Position numbers and translations under genes: made by a program
Notes under the pieces: generated by a model
Told to the model about the DNA's origin: nothing
Databases searched by the model: none
Seen by the model: the letters and a program-made list of their open reading frames with translations, nothing else
NCBI GenBank assembly: GCA_003246455.1
Contig: QKAF01000027.1
Location: 33,201-97,200 of the forward strand
DNA length: 64,000 nt
Direction of reading: 5' to 3'
Source: Bacteroidota bacterium
Lineage (GTDB): Bacteria > Bacteroidota > Ignavibacteria > SZUA-365
Shown here: one piece after another, positions 9,736-18,997 of the stretch
How positions within the stretch are numbered: the stretch's first letter is position 1
Layout of the letters: every line of letters starts with the position of its first letter

Positions 9736-9797
9736 GCAGGAGGCCGTGGTGACGTAGGGGCGAGCCAGCGGCTCGTCCATGCGCAGGAGGCAGGAGA
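9736..9797. repeat. REP-like intergenic element, copy 1 (core GTAGGGGCGAGCCAGCGGCTCGTCCATG).
   Basis: About 50 nt near-identical to 27283..27334. Contains a hairpin CGAGCC-agc-GGCTCG. Confidence 0.5.
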
Positions 9798-9832
9798 CTC
9801 GCGGCGGCGAGGAGGACGAGGACGCTGAAAGT

Positions 9833-9866
9833 AAAAAGGGCAACCTGGAACCAGGGTGCCCTTTCT
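9833..9866. terminator. Bidirectional rho-independent terminator-like hairpin between YbbR-like (+) and the DUF1015-like gene (-).
   Basis: AAGGGCAaCCTGG-aa-CCAGGgTGCCCTT. The T-run is on the minus-strand reading. Confidence 0.45.
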
Positions 9867-9883
9867 ACCGGGATGGTACAGGA

Positions 9884-11125
9884 TCAGTCGAGGAAATGCA
9901 CGAAAAGTCCGTCGCGCAGTTTCGGTTCGAACCAGGTCGATTTGGGAGGCATGACCTGTCCGGCATCCGCGATGGCCATCAGTTCGTTGATGGACGTCGG
10001 GTACATGCTGAAGGCGACTTTCATTTCGCCGGAGTCGACGCGGCGTTCGAGTTCGCCGAGGCCGCGGATTCCGCCGATGAAATCGATACGCTTGTCCGTA
10101 CGCGGATCCTGGATGCCCAGCACCGGGTTGAGAATATAATTCTGCATGATCGCGACATCGAGCCGCTGCACCGGATCCGGATTCTCGAGAAGAGCCGCAC
10201 CCGCTTCGAGCAGGTACCATTTCCCGTCCATGTACATGCCGAACGTTCCCTTCCTCGGAGGACGCACCTGGCCATCCGCGGGCGTGAGCGTGAAGCGTTC
10301 CCCGAGACTGGCCATGAACGCCTCCTCGGTCAGACCGTTGAGGTCCTTCACGACCCGGTTGTAGTCCATGATGCGGAGCTGCGCGGCAGGAAAAACGACG
10401 GCGAGATAGAAATTATATTCTTCGTCACCGGAATGCGCGGGATTCGCCTGCGCGCGTTCCCGCCCGACGATGGCGGCGGCGGCGGAACGGTGGTGTCCGT
10501 CGGCCACGTACAGATTCGGCACCGCGGCGAACAACTGCTGCAGGCGCGCGATGGTGTCTCTGTCGCTGATGACCCAGGTCTGATGGCGGATACCGTCGGC
10601 GGCGAGGTGGTCGGTGGTCGCGGGAGTGCTGCGTACCGTGTCGACAAGCGCGTCGATCTCCGGATTATCAGGATAGGTCAGGAAGATCGGTCCCGTGTGG
10701 GCATTGGTGACCCGCACGTGATTGCAGCGATCCTCTTCCTTGTCCTTGCGCGTGAATTCATGTTTTTTGATGGTGTCGTTCCAGTATTCTTCGACCGCGG
10801 CGCAGCCCACGAGGCCGTACTGCGTGTGCTCGCCCATGGTCTGCGCGTACAGATACATGTTCGCTTCGCTGTCCTGGAACAGGACGCCGTCATCGATCAG
10901 CTTCTGCAGATTCTCGCGGCCTTTTTCATAGACCTGCGCGTCATGAATATCGACGGCGGGATCGAGGTCCACTTCGGGTTTGCCGATGTGGAGGAAAGAG
11001 AGAGGATGTCCTTTTACTTCTTCCCGGGCTTCGTCGGAGTTGAGAACGTCATACGGTTTTGCGGCCACTTCCGCTGCAAATTCTGGTTTCGGACGAAACG
11101 CCCGAAAGGGACGAAATGTTGCCAT
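9884..11125 (-). CDS. Conserved hypothetical protein, DUF1015-like.
   Basis: 413 aa. The adjacency to serA/serC is typical for DUF1015 in the FCB group. Family assignment from memory only. Confidence 0.5.
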   Translation of the reverse strand: MATFRPFRAFRPKPEFAAEVAAKPYDVLNSDEAREEVKGHPLSFLHIGKPEVDLDPAVDIHDAQVYEKGRENLQKLIDDGVLFQDSEANMYLYAQTMGEHTQYGLVGCAAVEEYWNDTIKKHEFTRKDKEEDRCNHVRVTNAHTGPIFLTYPDNPEIDALVDTVRSTPATTDHLAADGIRHQTWVISDRDTIARLQQLFAAVPNLYVADGHHRSAAAAIVGRERAQANPAHSGDEEYNFYLAVVFPAAQLRIMDYNRVVKDLNGLTEEAFMASLGERFTLTPADGQVRPPRKGTFGMYMDGKWYLLEAGAALLENPDPVQRLDVAIMQNYILNPVLGIQDPRTDKRIDFIGGIRGLGELERRVDSGEMKVAFSMYPTSINELMAIADAGQVMPPKSTWFEPKLRDGLFVHFLD

Positions 11126-11149
11126 GTCTTGCCTTATTCTACGTGATCG

Positions 11150-12058
11150 TTAGGACTTCAGTGCGTCGATGATGCGTTCGGCGATTTCGACGCCGACGCG
11201 CGCCTGCCCCTCGACGGTGGAGGCACCGATGTGCGGAGTGACCGACACGTTCGGATGATTGATGAGTGCGGTCTGCGCTTCGGTCACGGGCTCGTTGACG
11301 TACACGTCGACACCCGCCGCGCGCACCTTGCCACTGTTGAGTGCATCGACGAGATCCGACTCGACCACGACGCCGCCGCGCGCGCAGTTGACGAGCAGCA
11401 CCCCGTCTTTCATCTTCGCGAATTCCGCCGCGCCGATGGTCGGACCTTCCTCTTTGATGAAGGGGATATGGAGGCTGATGACGTCGGCTTCCGCGAGGAG
11501 TTCATCCTTGCTCACAAGTCGGACATCCATGTCGGTTTCCTTCACGAACGGATCGACCGCCACGACCTTCATGCCGATACCGAGCGCCCGCTTCGCCGTT
11601 TCCCTGCCGATATTGCCGAAGCCGAACAGGCCGAGCGTTTTTCCGGTGAGTTCGATTCCCTTGCTGTACTCCTTCTTCGGCCACGCACCGTTGCGCATTT
11701 CGACGTTGCTGATGTGTACGAAGCGGCAGATGGCGAACATGTGCGCGATCGCAAGTTCGGCGACGGATATGGACGACGCACCCGGGGTGTTGACGATCTT
11801 GATTCCCTTGCTTTTTGCATAGGCGACGTCGATGTTGTCGAGTCCCACGCCGCCGCGGCCGATGACCTTGAGATTGACGCCGGCGTCGATGGCGTCCTGA
11901 CGTGCCTTTGTGGCGGAGCGGACAATCAGCGCATCGTACTTGCCGATTTCCTGGAGCAGTTCCTCGGGGGAAAGCTTTTGCTGAACAACTTCATGTCCGG
12001 CATCCTGAAGCATTTTTGCGCCGGTTTCCGAAATTCCGTCGGTGATGAGGATCTTCAT
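11150..12058 (-). CDS. serA: D-3-phosphoglycerate dehydrogenase (short form).
   Basis: D-isomer 2-hydroxyacid dehydrogenase fold with NAD motif GLFGFGNIGRETAKRA, catalytic R/E/H, 302 aa. Confidence 0.75.
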   Translation of the reverse strand: MKILITDGISETGAKMLQDAGHEVVQQKLSPEELLQEIGKYDALIVRSATKARQDAIDAGVNLKVIGRGGVGLDNIDVAYAKSKGIKIVNTPGASSISVAELAIAHMFAICRFVHISNVEMRNGAWPKKEYSKGIELTGKTLGLFGFGNIGRETAKRALGIGMKVVAVDPFVKETDMDVRLVSKDELLAEADVISLHIPFIKEEGPTIGAAEFAKMKDGVLLVNCARGGVVVESDLVDALNSGKVRAAGVDVYVNEPVTEAQTALINHPNVSVTPHIGASTVEGQARVGVEIAERIIDALKS

Positions 12059-12318
12059 GACGAACTCCGCGTCTGATGTGATGAATTGCGATTGAATGGG
12101 AAAGGAGACCTGTCATGGACTGCGTGCAAATAGCAACGTTTAAGGTCTCAATCCCGACTGTCTACAAAAGTAGCGAAAAGGGGCTGGAGGCACAAACGCG
12201 GGTGTCAAACCGGAGTACCGTATGGCGATGTCGGGAAAGATATGTATGTTTGTAATTAAGCCGCCTGAATCGGCCTTCATACGACAGTTTTTGCTCAATC
12301 CAATTGCAGGAGTTCTTC

Positions 12319-13404
12319 ATGGCTACGCGCGCACATAATTTCTTTGCCGGCCCCGCGATTCTTCCGGTGCCCGTCATCGAAGCCGCAAAGGAAGCAGCTT
12401 ACGATTTTGCCGGTCTCGGCATGTCCATCCTGGAGATCAGCCATCGCTCGAAGGAATTCGACGCCGTGGTGCAGAAAGCGCAGGCGGATGCGCTGGAGAT
12501 CATGGGCCTTTCGGCGGATGAATATGCCGTGCTCTTCCTCGGCGGCGGCGCCAGTACGCAGTTCGCGATGGTTCCGATGAACTTCCTCCGCACCAAGGCG
12601 GAGTATGTCAACACCGGTGAATGGTCGTCCAAGGCCATCAAGGAAGCGAAAATGATGGGTGAAACCATCGTCGCTGCTTCCAGCGAAGACGCCAACTTCA
12701 ACTACCTCCCGAAGAACATGGTGTTCTCCGGTGATGCGGACTACGTTCATTACACCTCGAACAACACGATCTACGGGACGGAATTCAAGGGAACGCCCGA
12801 AGTCGGGAACGTCCCGCTCGTCTGCGACATGTCGTCGGACATGCTGAGCCGCCAGCTCGATTACTCGAAATACAGCCTGATTTACGCCGGCGCGCAGAAG
12901 AATCTGGGCCCCGCGGGCGTGACGCTTGTCGTGATCAAAAAGGCGTGGGTCGAGGAGAAGGCGAAGACCGATATCCCGACGATGCTTCGCTACAAGACGC
13001 ATGTCGCGAAGGAATCCATGTTCAACACCCCGCCCGTGTTCCCGATCTACGTCGTCGGGCAGACGCTCGAGTGGATCAAGAACGAGGGCGGGCTCGCAGT
13101 GATCCAGGAACGCAACGAGAAGAAAGCCGCCCTGCTTTACGATCTTTTCGACGCCCACGCCGACTTCTATTCGGCCGCCGTTCCGAACAAGGAAGACCGC
13201 TCGCTGATGAACGTGACCTTCCGTCTCCCGAGCGAAGAGCTGGAAGTGAAGTTCATCGCCGAGGCGAAGGCGCAGCGGATGTACGGTCTCAAGGGACACC
13301 GTTCCGTCGGCGGCTGCCGTGCATCGATTTACAATGCCAGTCCCGTCGAGAGCGTCGAAGCCCTCGCGCGGTTCATGGAGAAATTCATGGCGGAGAACAA
13401 GTAA
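12319..13404 (+). CDS. serC: Phosphoserine aminotransferase.
   Basis: MATRAHNFFAGPAILP..., PLP class V. RBS aggag before the ATG. Confidence 0.85.
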   Translation: MATRAHNFFAGPAILPVPVIEAAKEAAYDFAGLGMSILEISHRSKEFDAVVQKAQADALEIMGLSADEYAVLFLGGGASTQFAMVPMNFLRTKAEYVNTGEWSSKAIKEAKMMGETIVAASSEDANFNYLPKNMVFSGDADYVHYTSNNTIYGTEFKGTPEVGNVPLVCDMSSDMLSRQLDYSKYSLIYAGAQKNLGPAGVTLVVIKKAWVEEKAKTDIPTMLRYKTHVAKESMFNTPPVFPIYVVGQTLEWIKNEGGLAVIQERNEKKAALLYDLFDAHADFYSAAVPNKEDRSLMNVTFRLPSEELEVKFIAEAKAQRMYGLKGHRSVGGCRASIYNASPVESVEALARFMEKFMAENK

Positions 13405-13443
13405 TCGCCCCGGCGCGAAGCGCATCCCAGTCATTCAAATGAA

Positions 13444-13485
13444 AAGCCGCCTTCCGGATTGACCCGGAAGGCGGCTTCGTTTTAT
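13444..13485. terminator. Rho-independent terminator (bidirectional) after serC.
   Basis: AAGCCGCCTTCCGG-attgac-CCGGAAGGCGGCTT followed by CGTTTTATT. Confidence 0.7.
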
Positions 13486-13495
13486 TCACCGGGGG

Positions 13496-14452
13496 TCAGA
13501 CCACGCGGTGCGAGGGCTCGCGACCGTCGAGTACCGCGATGAGGTTGTCCGCGGCCATCACCGCCATCCGGTCGCGCGTCTCGATGGATGCGCTGCCGAT
13601 ATGCGGGAGCAGCACCGTGTTGGGCAGGGAGATCAGTTCTTCCGGGATGCGGGGTTCGTTCTCATACACATCGAATCCCGCCGCGAATATGCGCCGCTCG
13701 CGGAGCGCCTCGATCAGCGCGGCTTCATCGACCACCGGACCTCTCGCGGTGTTGACGAATACCGCCGACGGCTTCATCAGCGACAGCGCCCGCGCGTCGA
13801 TCATGTGGCGGGTCTCGGGTGTGAGGGGAACGTGAATCGAGATGAAATCGCTTTCCTTCAGCAGCGTATCGAGATCGGCATACAGCGCTCCCGATTCCGT
13901 TTCAAACGCATCGCTGCGGGTCCGGTTGTGATAGAGGATGCGCATGTCGAATCCGCCTTTCGCCTTCTTTGCAAGGGCGCGGCCGATGCGTCCAGCCCCG
14001 ATGATGCCGAGAGTTTTCCCGACGAGGTCCTGTCCGAGGAACAGCTTCGGAGCCCAGCCGTCGAACGCGCCGTTCCTCAGCCACGCATCGCTTTCAACGA
14101 TGCGGCGCGCACACGCGATCATCAGGGCGAAGGCGATATCCGCCGTCGCTTCCGTGAGAACACCAGGCGTGTTCGTGACGGCGATGCGGCGCGATGCCGC
14201 GGCGTCGGTATCGATGTTGTTGTACCCGACTGCATAGGTCGAAATGCACCGCAGCCGCGATGCTGCGGCGATCACCCCGGCATCGATCGGATCGGAAAGC
14301 AGGCAGACGAGTCCGTCGACTTCCCGCACCGCGGCCAGCAGTTCCTCTTTGGTGATCTGGCGATCATGTTCGAATACCGTGACGTCGTGGCGTTCTCGCA
14401 GACGCGTGATCCCGGCATCGGGGATGCTGCGGGTGATGAATATGCGGGACAT
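13496..14452 (-). CDS. D-2-hydroxyacid dehydrogenase family (glyoxylate/hydroxypyruvate reductase-like).
   Basis: NAD motif [16 protein letters not shown], catalytic R...E...H. Start at MSRIFITRS. Confidence 0.8.
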   Translation of the reverse strand: MSRIFITRSIPDAGITRLRERHDVTVFEHDRQITKEELLAAVREVDGLVCLLSDPIDAGVIAAASRLRCISTYAVGYNNIDTDAAASRRIAVTNTPGVLTEATADIAFALMIACARRIVESDAWLRNGAFDGWAPKLFLGQDLVGKTLGIIGAGRIGRALAKKAKGGFDMRILYHNRTRSDAFETESGALYADLDTLLKESDFISIHVPLTPETRHMIDARALSLMKPSAVFVNTARGPVVDEAALIEALRERRIFAAGFDVYENEPRIPEELISLPNTVLLPHIGSASIETRDRMAVMAADNLIAVLDGREPSHRVV

Positions 14453-14500
14453 TTCGGTCTGACGGTTGTGAAACGAATATTTCGAAATGTAGGGACCGCG

Positions 14501-14532
14501 GCACAAAGGCACAAAAGCACAAAGGCACAGAG
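14501..14532. repeat. Tandem octamer repeat (GCACAAAG)x4 with minor variants.
   Basis: GCACAAAG GCACAAAA GCACAAAG GCACAGAG, located upstream of the dehydrogenase start. Confidence 0.4.
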
Positions 14533-14545
14533 GTGATAAAACGGG

Positions 14546-14584
14546 ATAAAAAAAGCGCCCGCGGTGTGAGTACCGCCGGCGCTG
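14546..14584 (-). terminator. Rho-independent terminator for the 14605..16650 gene.
   Basis: Minus-strand hairpin AGCGCCGGCGG...CCGCGGGCGCT followed by TTTTTTT. Confidence 0.5.
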
Positions 14585-14604
14585 AAGTCAGGAAGTGACG
14601 AGGA

Positions 14605-16650
14605 TTATTTCATCACGGTCATCTTCTTCTGGGTGACCTGACCGGCGACGTTGATCTGATAGATGTACGTACCGGAAGGCAGGTTCTCGGAGCTCATGTG
14701 CACCTGATGCGCACCCGCGTCCTTCATTTCGTCGACGAGCGTTCCGACCTGTTCGCCGAGAGCATTGAAGACCTTGAGGGTCACGTGCCCGGCCTGCATC
14801 AGCTGGTAGCTGATGGTCGTCGTCGGATTGAACGGATTCGGGTAGTTCTGGTACAGCGTCACCGCCGTCGGTGCTGCTTCGAAGAACACGTCCACCATCG
14901 GGGAATAGGCAGAGGTGCCGTCGTTGTCGACCTGGCGGAGGCGGTACTTCACGTTGCCCACGTTGCGGTGGGTTTCGGTGATCGCGTCCTTGAAACCGTA
15001 TGTCATCGGTTCGGTGGTGGTCCCGCGACCTTCGACGAAGCCGATCTTTTCCCAGCTGTCGCCGTTGTTGAAGCTGCGCTCGACCTCGAAACCGAAGTTG
15101 TTGGTTTCCATCGTGATGTCCCAGGTCAGGTCCACGTTCTCACCGTTGACGACGGCTTTGAAGGTGGAGAGTTCGACCGGGATGGTACGGCGCGAGCGAT
15201 AGGCCGCGATACCGTTGTTGGACATCAGGACATACAGGATCACGTGCAGACCGGGGAAGTCGGGATCTTCTTCGATCGTGTAGTATTTGAGCTTGTAATC
15301 GACGTCGGAGATATAGTTTTCCTCAGCCGAGTTGTTGTTGAGCGTCTTGTTTCCGAGCTGCGGCGTGGCGCCCCAGAACGCGAAATCCTGGCCCGGCGTG
15401 GTCACGTCAAGGATGCGGGCAGTCGTGTTGTCATTGGGGATCGTGGGGTCGATGCCACCGGTGGGACGGCCGTCTGCCAGCACGAGGAATTTGCGTCCGT
15501 ACTGCGGAAGTTCGAAATACGCCAGGGTGCCGGAGGCGCCTGTGAGCGAAGTCGACAGGGAGCGGTTACCGGTTGCGTTCTGGCTGTAGGTCTGGGGCCA
15601 GCCGGCGTTGAGGTTCTGAATTTCGGATGCGGAGGTGACCAGGCGCGGATTCGAATCCATCCAGACGTCGCTGAACGCCACCGTCGACGTCGCATCGATC
15701 GGTGTCGCGGCAACGCCGTGGGAGGCCAGACCGCTGATCGAGTTGACGAGCCGCACGGCAAGGCGGTATTCGAGTTTTCCGCCGCCGGTGACGTCGCGGT
15801 TGGGACGCTGCGCAGTCGGGCGCAGATCGGCGAGGATTACATCCACTTCGCGGTTCCACTCCGGCTGCGTCGGCCACGAGCCGCCCGAGGCATAAATGCG
15901 TACCGAGTCGACCAGGTACGGAGGATCGGGTGCCGGCGGGGTGTACATTGCGCGCTTGCCGACGACATCAAAGGCATCGCCCCAGCGCGTATAGCTCATT
16001 TCACTGCTGTTGATGTTTCCGACGGCAGTACCGCCCCCATTGAGCGTCGCATATGTCAACATCGGGGTGGCTTTGTCATCGTCCCAGCGCCAGACACGGA
16101 AGGGACCCTGTCCGAGATACACGGGATCGCACTGGCCGCTCGGCAGAAGGATGCAGATACCCCAGACCGGAACAACGAGGTTGCAGGCGAAAATACGGCC
16201 TTCGTCATCAAGATCGATGCGATAGAGGCAATACGTATTCTGCGAATAGCCGCGATTGGTGGTCGTGGGTGTGATCGTATCGATGGGTACGGCGAGCTCG
16301 CCGCCGAGTCCGCGGTTGATGGCGTCGGCGGAACGGCCAACGTTCAGTGCCGGCTGCCCGTTTTCCGCATTCCATGCGTAAATGCGCGGGGTCTGCCAGA
16401 ACGTCGGACCGGAAACAGTCGTGTGCGGGTTGACGATGTACACCACATCCCGCCACTTGTCATAGGCAAGTCCGGTGAACGACTTGCTCGGAATCATCCA
16501 TGCGTTGGGGTGATTCGGTTGCGTCGGGGGAGGGGGGACGTTGCGCCACAGCTCTTCCCAATCGATGTTGCCCTGCGCACTCATCTGCGCGGGCAGCATC
16601 GCCATGAGCAATGCGAGCATGCAGCCAGTAGTCAGTAGAATTTTCCTCAT
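14605..16650 (-). CDS. T9SS C-terminal-sorting-domain secreted protein (681 aa), paralog A.
   Basis: Signal peptide, then a C-terminal ~80-aa domain LYQNYPNPFNPTTTISYQL...GTYIYQINVAGQVTQKKMTVMK (TIGR04183-type). Confidence 0.75.
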   Translation of the reverse strand: MRKILLTTGCMLALLMAMLPAQMSAQGNIDWEELWRNVPPPPTQPNHPNAWMIPSKSFTGLAYDKWRDVVYIVNPHTTVSGPTFWQTPRIYAWNAENGQPALNVGRSADAINRGLGGELAVPIDTITPTTTNRGYSQNTYCLYRIDLDDEGRIFACNLVVPVWGICILLPSGQCDPVYLGQGPFRVWRWDDDKATPMLTYATLNGGGTAVGNINSSEMSYTRWGDAFDVVGKRAMYTPPAPDPPYLVDSVRIYASGGSWPTQPEWNREVDVILADLRPTAQRPNRDVTGGGKLEYRLAVRLVNSISGLASHGVAATPIDATSTVAFSDVWMDSNPRLVTSASEIQNLNAGWPQTYSQNATGNRSLSTSLTGASGTLAYFELPQYGRKFLVLADGRPTGGIDPTIPNDNTTARILDVTTPGQDFAFWGATPQLGNKTLNNNSAEENYISDVDYKLKYYTIEEDPDFPGLHVILYVLMSNNGIAAYRSRRTIPVELSTFKAVVNGENVDLTWDITMETNNFGFEVERSFNNGDSWEKIGFVEGRGTTTEPMTYGFKDAITETHRNVGNVKYRLRQVDNDGTSAYSPMVDVFFEAAPTAVTLYQNYPNPFNPTTTISYQLMQAGHVTLKVFNALGEQVGTLVDEMKDAGAHQVHMSSENLPSGTYIYQINVAGQVTQKKMTVMK

Positions 16651-16951
16651 GGACAGCTCTCCGTACTGGTGAAATATGATGAAGAATCTCTTGACAAATT
16701 GAGTATCAGCGTCACGATTGTAGATTTTGACCTGATCCTAAAACATACCGAAAAGTGCAAGATGAATCAAGGTTGAATCAGCCCATCCAGTTTCGGCGAA
16801 AATGCCGTGTGTTTCGACGTTCACAACAAGAGACACACTGCCCCGGCGAATGTTACAGGAGACCGCGGAATCAGGATTTTTTCCTTTCCTGTCACAATTC
16901 CGCGTGCTGCGGTTCTATTGATGTATCTGATCACATCAACGCGGGGCAGTT

Positions 16952-18997
16952 ATGAACGCATGGTACAGGACCGTCGGGGTTTTCTCCCTTTTAGCGATAT
17001 TTCTGATTCAAAACGCCGCCGCTCAGGGCAACATCGACTGGGAGGAAGCTTGGAAACAGATGCCTCCCTTCGGACCGACGCCGCATCCCATGGCCTGGAT
17101 GAACGATTCCCTGTCCTACACCCGGCTGGCATACGACGAAACGCGCGACGTGCTGTACGTCGTGTCACCGCATCCAGCGGGGGGCGCGGGCTGGAGCGCG
17201 CCGGCAATCCACATCCTGGATCGACAGACCGGCCAACCGAGAATGGATATGGGACGCTCGGCCCATTTCGCGCGGCAGGGGCTGGGAGGAGAACTTCCCG
17301 TGCCGCTCGACACCTTCATCACAGTGAACAATAAAAACCTCGGCTTCGGAGATAACTGGTTCGCTCTCTACAGCATCGATGTGGACGAGGAGGGACGCAT
17401 CTATGCCTGCAATCTGGTCACGCCGGTCTGGGGTATCTGCAACCTTCTGCCCCAGGGCGGCTGCGACCCGATGTATCTCGGACAGGGACCTTTTCGCGTC
17501 TGGCGCTGGGATACCCCCACATCAACACCCGAACTGATCTATGCGACCTGTAACACGTCGCACACCGCGATCGGAAATATCAACTCGAGCGAAATGGCGT
17601 ATGCACGCTGGGGCGACACATTTTCCGTGACCGGGAAACGTGCGTGGTATCACCCCCCGCACGGCGGTCCCCCCGTCCTCGTTGACAGTACGCGCATCTA
17701 CGTGTCGGGGGGAGCCTCACCCGGCTCAGCGAATGGCCGCATCGCTGTCCTTCTCCCGGATGACCGCCCGGCGCCCCTGCGTCCAACACGTGATGTCATG
17801 GGAGGCGGAAACCTGAGTTTCAGGCTTGGTTTGCAGATCAACCTGCCCGCAAACTTTTTCGCCAACGGACTGGCTCCCGATCTGCTCACGGTTTCCGGGG
17901 ACACACTCGAACGGTGGATATGGCTTCAGAAGTACGGGCAAAACGTCATGAAAGTCCGGGAGCGACAGCTTCCCGGCGCACCCCTGCCGCAGACCCTTAC
18001 GCCGGCCGGCGGGGACGTCCTCATATACCCCGGCAGCTCGAGTCTTTTCGGTGCGAGCGGCGCGATGGAATTCATGCATCTCCCTCAATGGCAGCGCAGC
18101 TTCCTTGCGGTTGCCGACGGCCGTCCGACGGGAGGTTCGATTGTGTCGATTGCGAATGACAATACGACCGCACGATTCATAGATGTTACCGACTGGCGGG
18201 CTGCCTTCATGTTCTGGGGAGAGACGCCACAGCTCGGACAGGCGAATCAATGGTCCATCGAGCCGGATAATTATATCAGCGACGTGGATATGACGCTCTT
18301 CTATGACTCGGTGCACCCCGGACCGTACCCCCGGCTGCAGATGTTCGTGCTCATGACGAATAACGGCATTGCCTCATATCGCAGCAGGCCTCAATTTCCC
18401 GTGGAACTGCTGTCGCTCCGTGCACATCGCACGGCATCCGGGGCGGAAATTGAATGGACCGTCGCGGAGGAAGTGAACATCCAGCAGTACCAGGTGGAGC
18501 GGGGCGGGACGGAAAACGGCCCATGGGCGGTGGTCGGGACAGTCGCGGCGCGAGGCGGGACGGGGAACCTCTCGTATGCCATCGATGATGAAAATGCGGA
18601 GTGGAACGCGGGTCCTGCAGGCGACAAGGAACCGAGCGGGGGCATATGGTACCGTCTGACGGCGCTGCAATACGACGGATCGAAGCGGATATTCCCTCCC
18701 GTCATGGTGGAGCACACGGCGCAGCTTCTTCCGCTGCAGTGCGCGCTCTTCCCGCAGCCGGTTTCTTCGCAGGACGGTATGGTCTACCTGCGGCTGCAAT
18801 CGCCCGCAGCGGAGGATGTGTCGCTGCGCGTCGTCGATCTGCTCGGACAGGAAGTGCAGCCTGCACGCCAGTACACCGTCGGGGCAGGACGCACGCTTCT
18901 GCCGCTGCGGATCGGTGATGTTACGTCAGGGATTTATCTGATCGTCCTGAGAACGGGGAGCGGAGCGGTGCGAACGCAGCGCATGATCGTGCGTTAA
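16952..18997 (+). CDS. T9SS-type secreted protein (681 aa), paralog B of 14605..16650, divergently transcribed.
   Basis: Shared blocks QGNIDWEE, GRIxACNLVxPVWGICxLLPxGxCDPxYLGQGPFRVWRWD, INSSEM..RWGD. C-terminal CTD-like beta-sandwich ending LIVLRTGSGAVRTQRMIVR. Confidence 0.7.
   Translation: MNAWYRTVGVFSLLAIFLIQNAAAQGNIDWEEAWKQMPPFGPTPHPMAWMNDSLSYTRLAYDETRDVLYVVSPHPAGGAGWSAPAIHILDRQTGQPRMDMGRSAHFARQGLGGELPVPLDTFITVNNKNLGFGDNWFALYSIDVDEEGRIYACNLVTPVWGICNLLPQGGCDPMYLGQGPFRVWRWDTPTSTPELIYATCNTSHTAIGNINSSEMAYARWGDTFSVTGKRAWYHPPHGGPPVLVDSTRIYVSGGASPGSANGRIAVLLPDDRPAPLRPTRDVMGGGNLSFRLGLQINLPANFFANGLAPDLLTVSGDTLERWIWLQKYGQNVMKVRERQLPGAPLPQTLTPAGGDVLIYPGSSSLFGASGAMEFMHLPQWQRSFLAVADGRPTGGSIVSIANDNTTARFIDVTDWRAAFMFWGETPQLGQANQWSIEPDNYISDVDMTLFYDSVHPGPYPRLQMFVLMTNNGIASYRSRPQFPVELLSLRAHRTASGAEIEWTVAEEVNIQQYQVERGGTENGPWAVVGTVAARGGTGNLSYAIDDENAEWNAGPAGDKEPSGGIWYRLTALQYDGSKRIFPPVMVEHTAQLLPLQCALFPQPVSSQDGMVYLRLQSPAAEDVSLRVVDLLGQEVQPARQYTVGAGRTLLPLRIGDVTSGIYLIVLRTGSGAVRTQRMIVR

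Noticed and set aside
12059-12318. Possible tRNA or small RNA in the serA-serC divergent intergenic region. All other larger intergenic regions were scanned likewise.
   Set aside because: No cloverleaf-compatible sequence (no GTTCRANYC T-loop or acceptor pairing) was seen by eye. No CRISPR-like direct repeats, rRNA, transposase or integrase genes anywhere in the window.
12295-14536. Long ORFs antisense to serC (12295..13434 -) and to the hydroxyacid dehydrogenase (13508..14536 +).
   Set aside because: Low-complexity, R/H/D/G-rich. The opposite strands carry recognizable SerC and 2-hydroxyacid dehydrogenase motifs.
14698-16638. 646-aa + ORF antisense to the T9SS cargo gene. Similar long antisense ORFs at 19234..20358, 22553..23716, 23464..24894, 24866..26464, 26230..27339, 27808..29142, 29502..30641, 31098..32135, 32592..33902, 35858..38014, 37918..39675, 47632..49254, 51715..52707, 52945..56676, 60679..62046, 62192..63778, 9779..11146, 1008..2198 and 18..782.
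   Set aside because: All are stop-free antisense frames typical of >60% GC DNA. Each is opposite a gene with clear family motifs, good start/RBS context and operon coupling.
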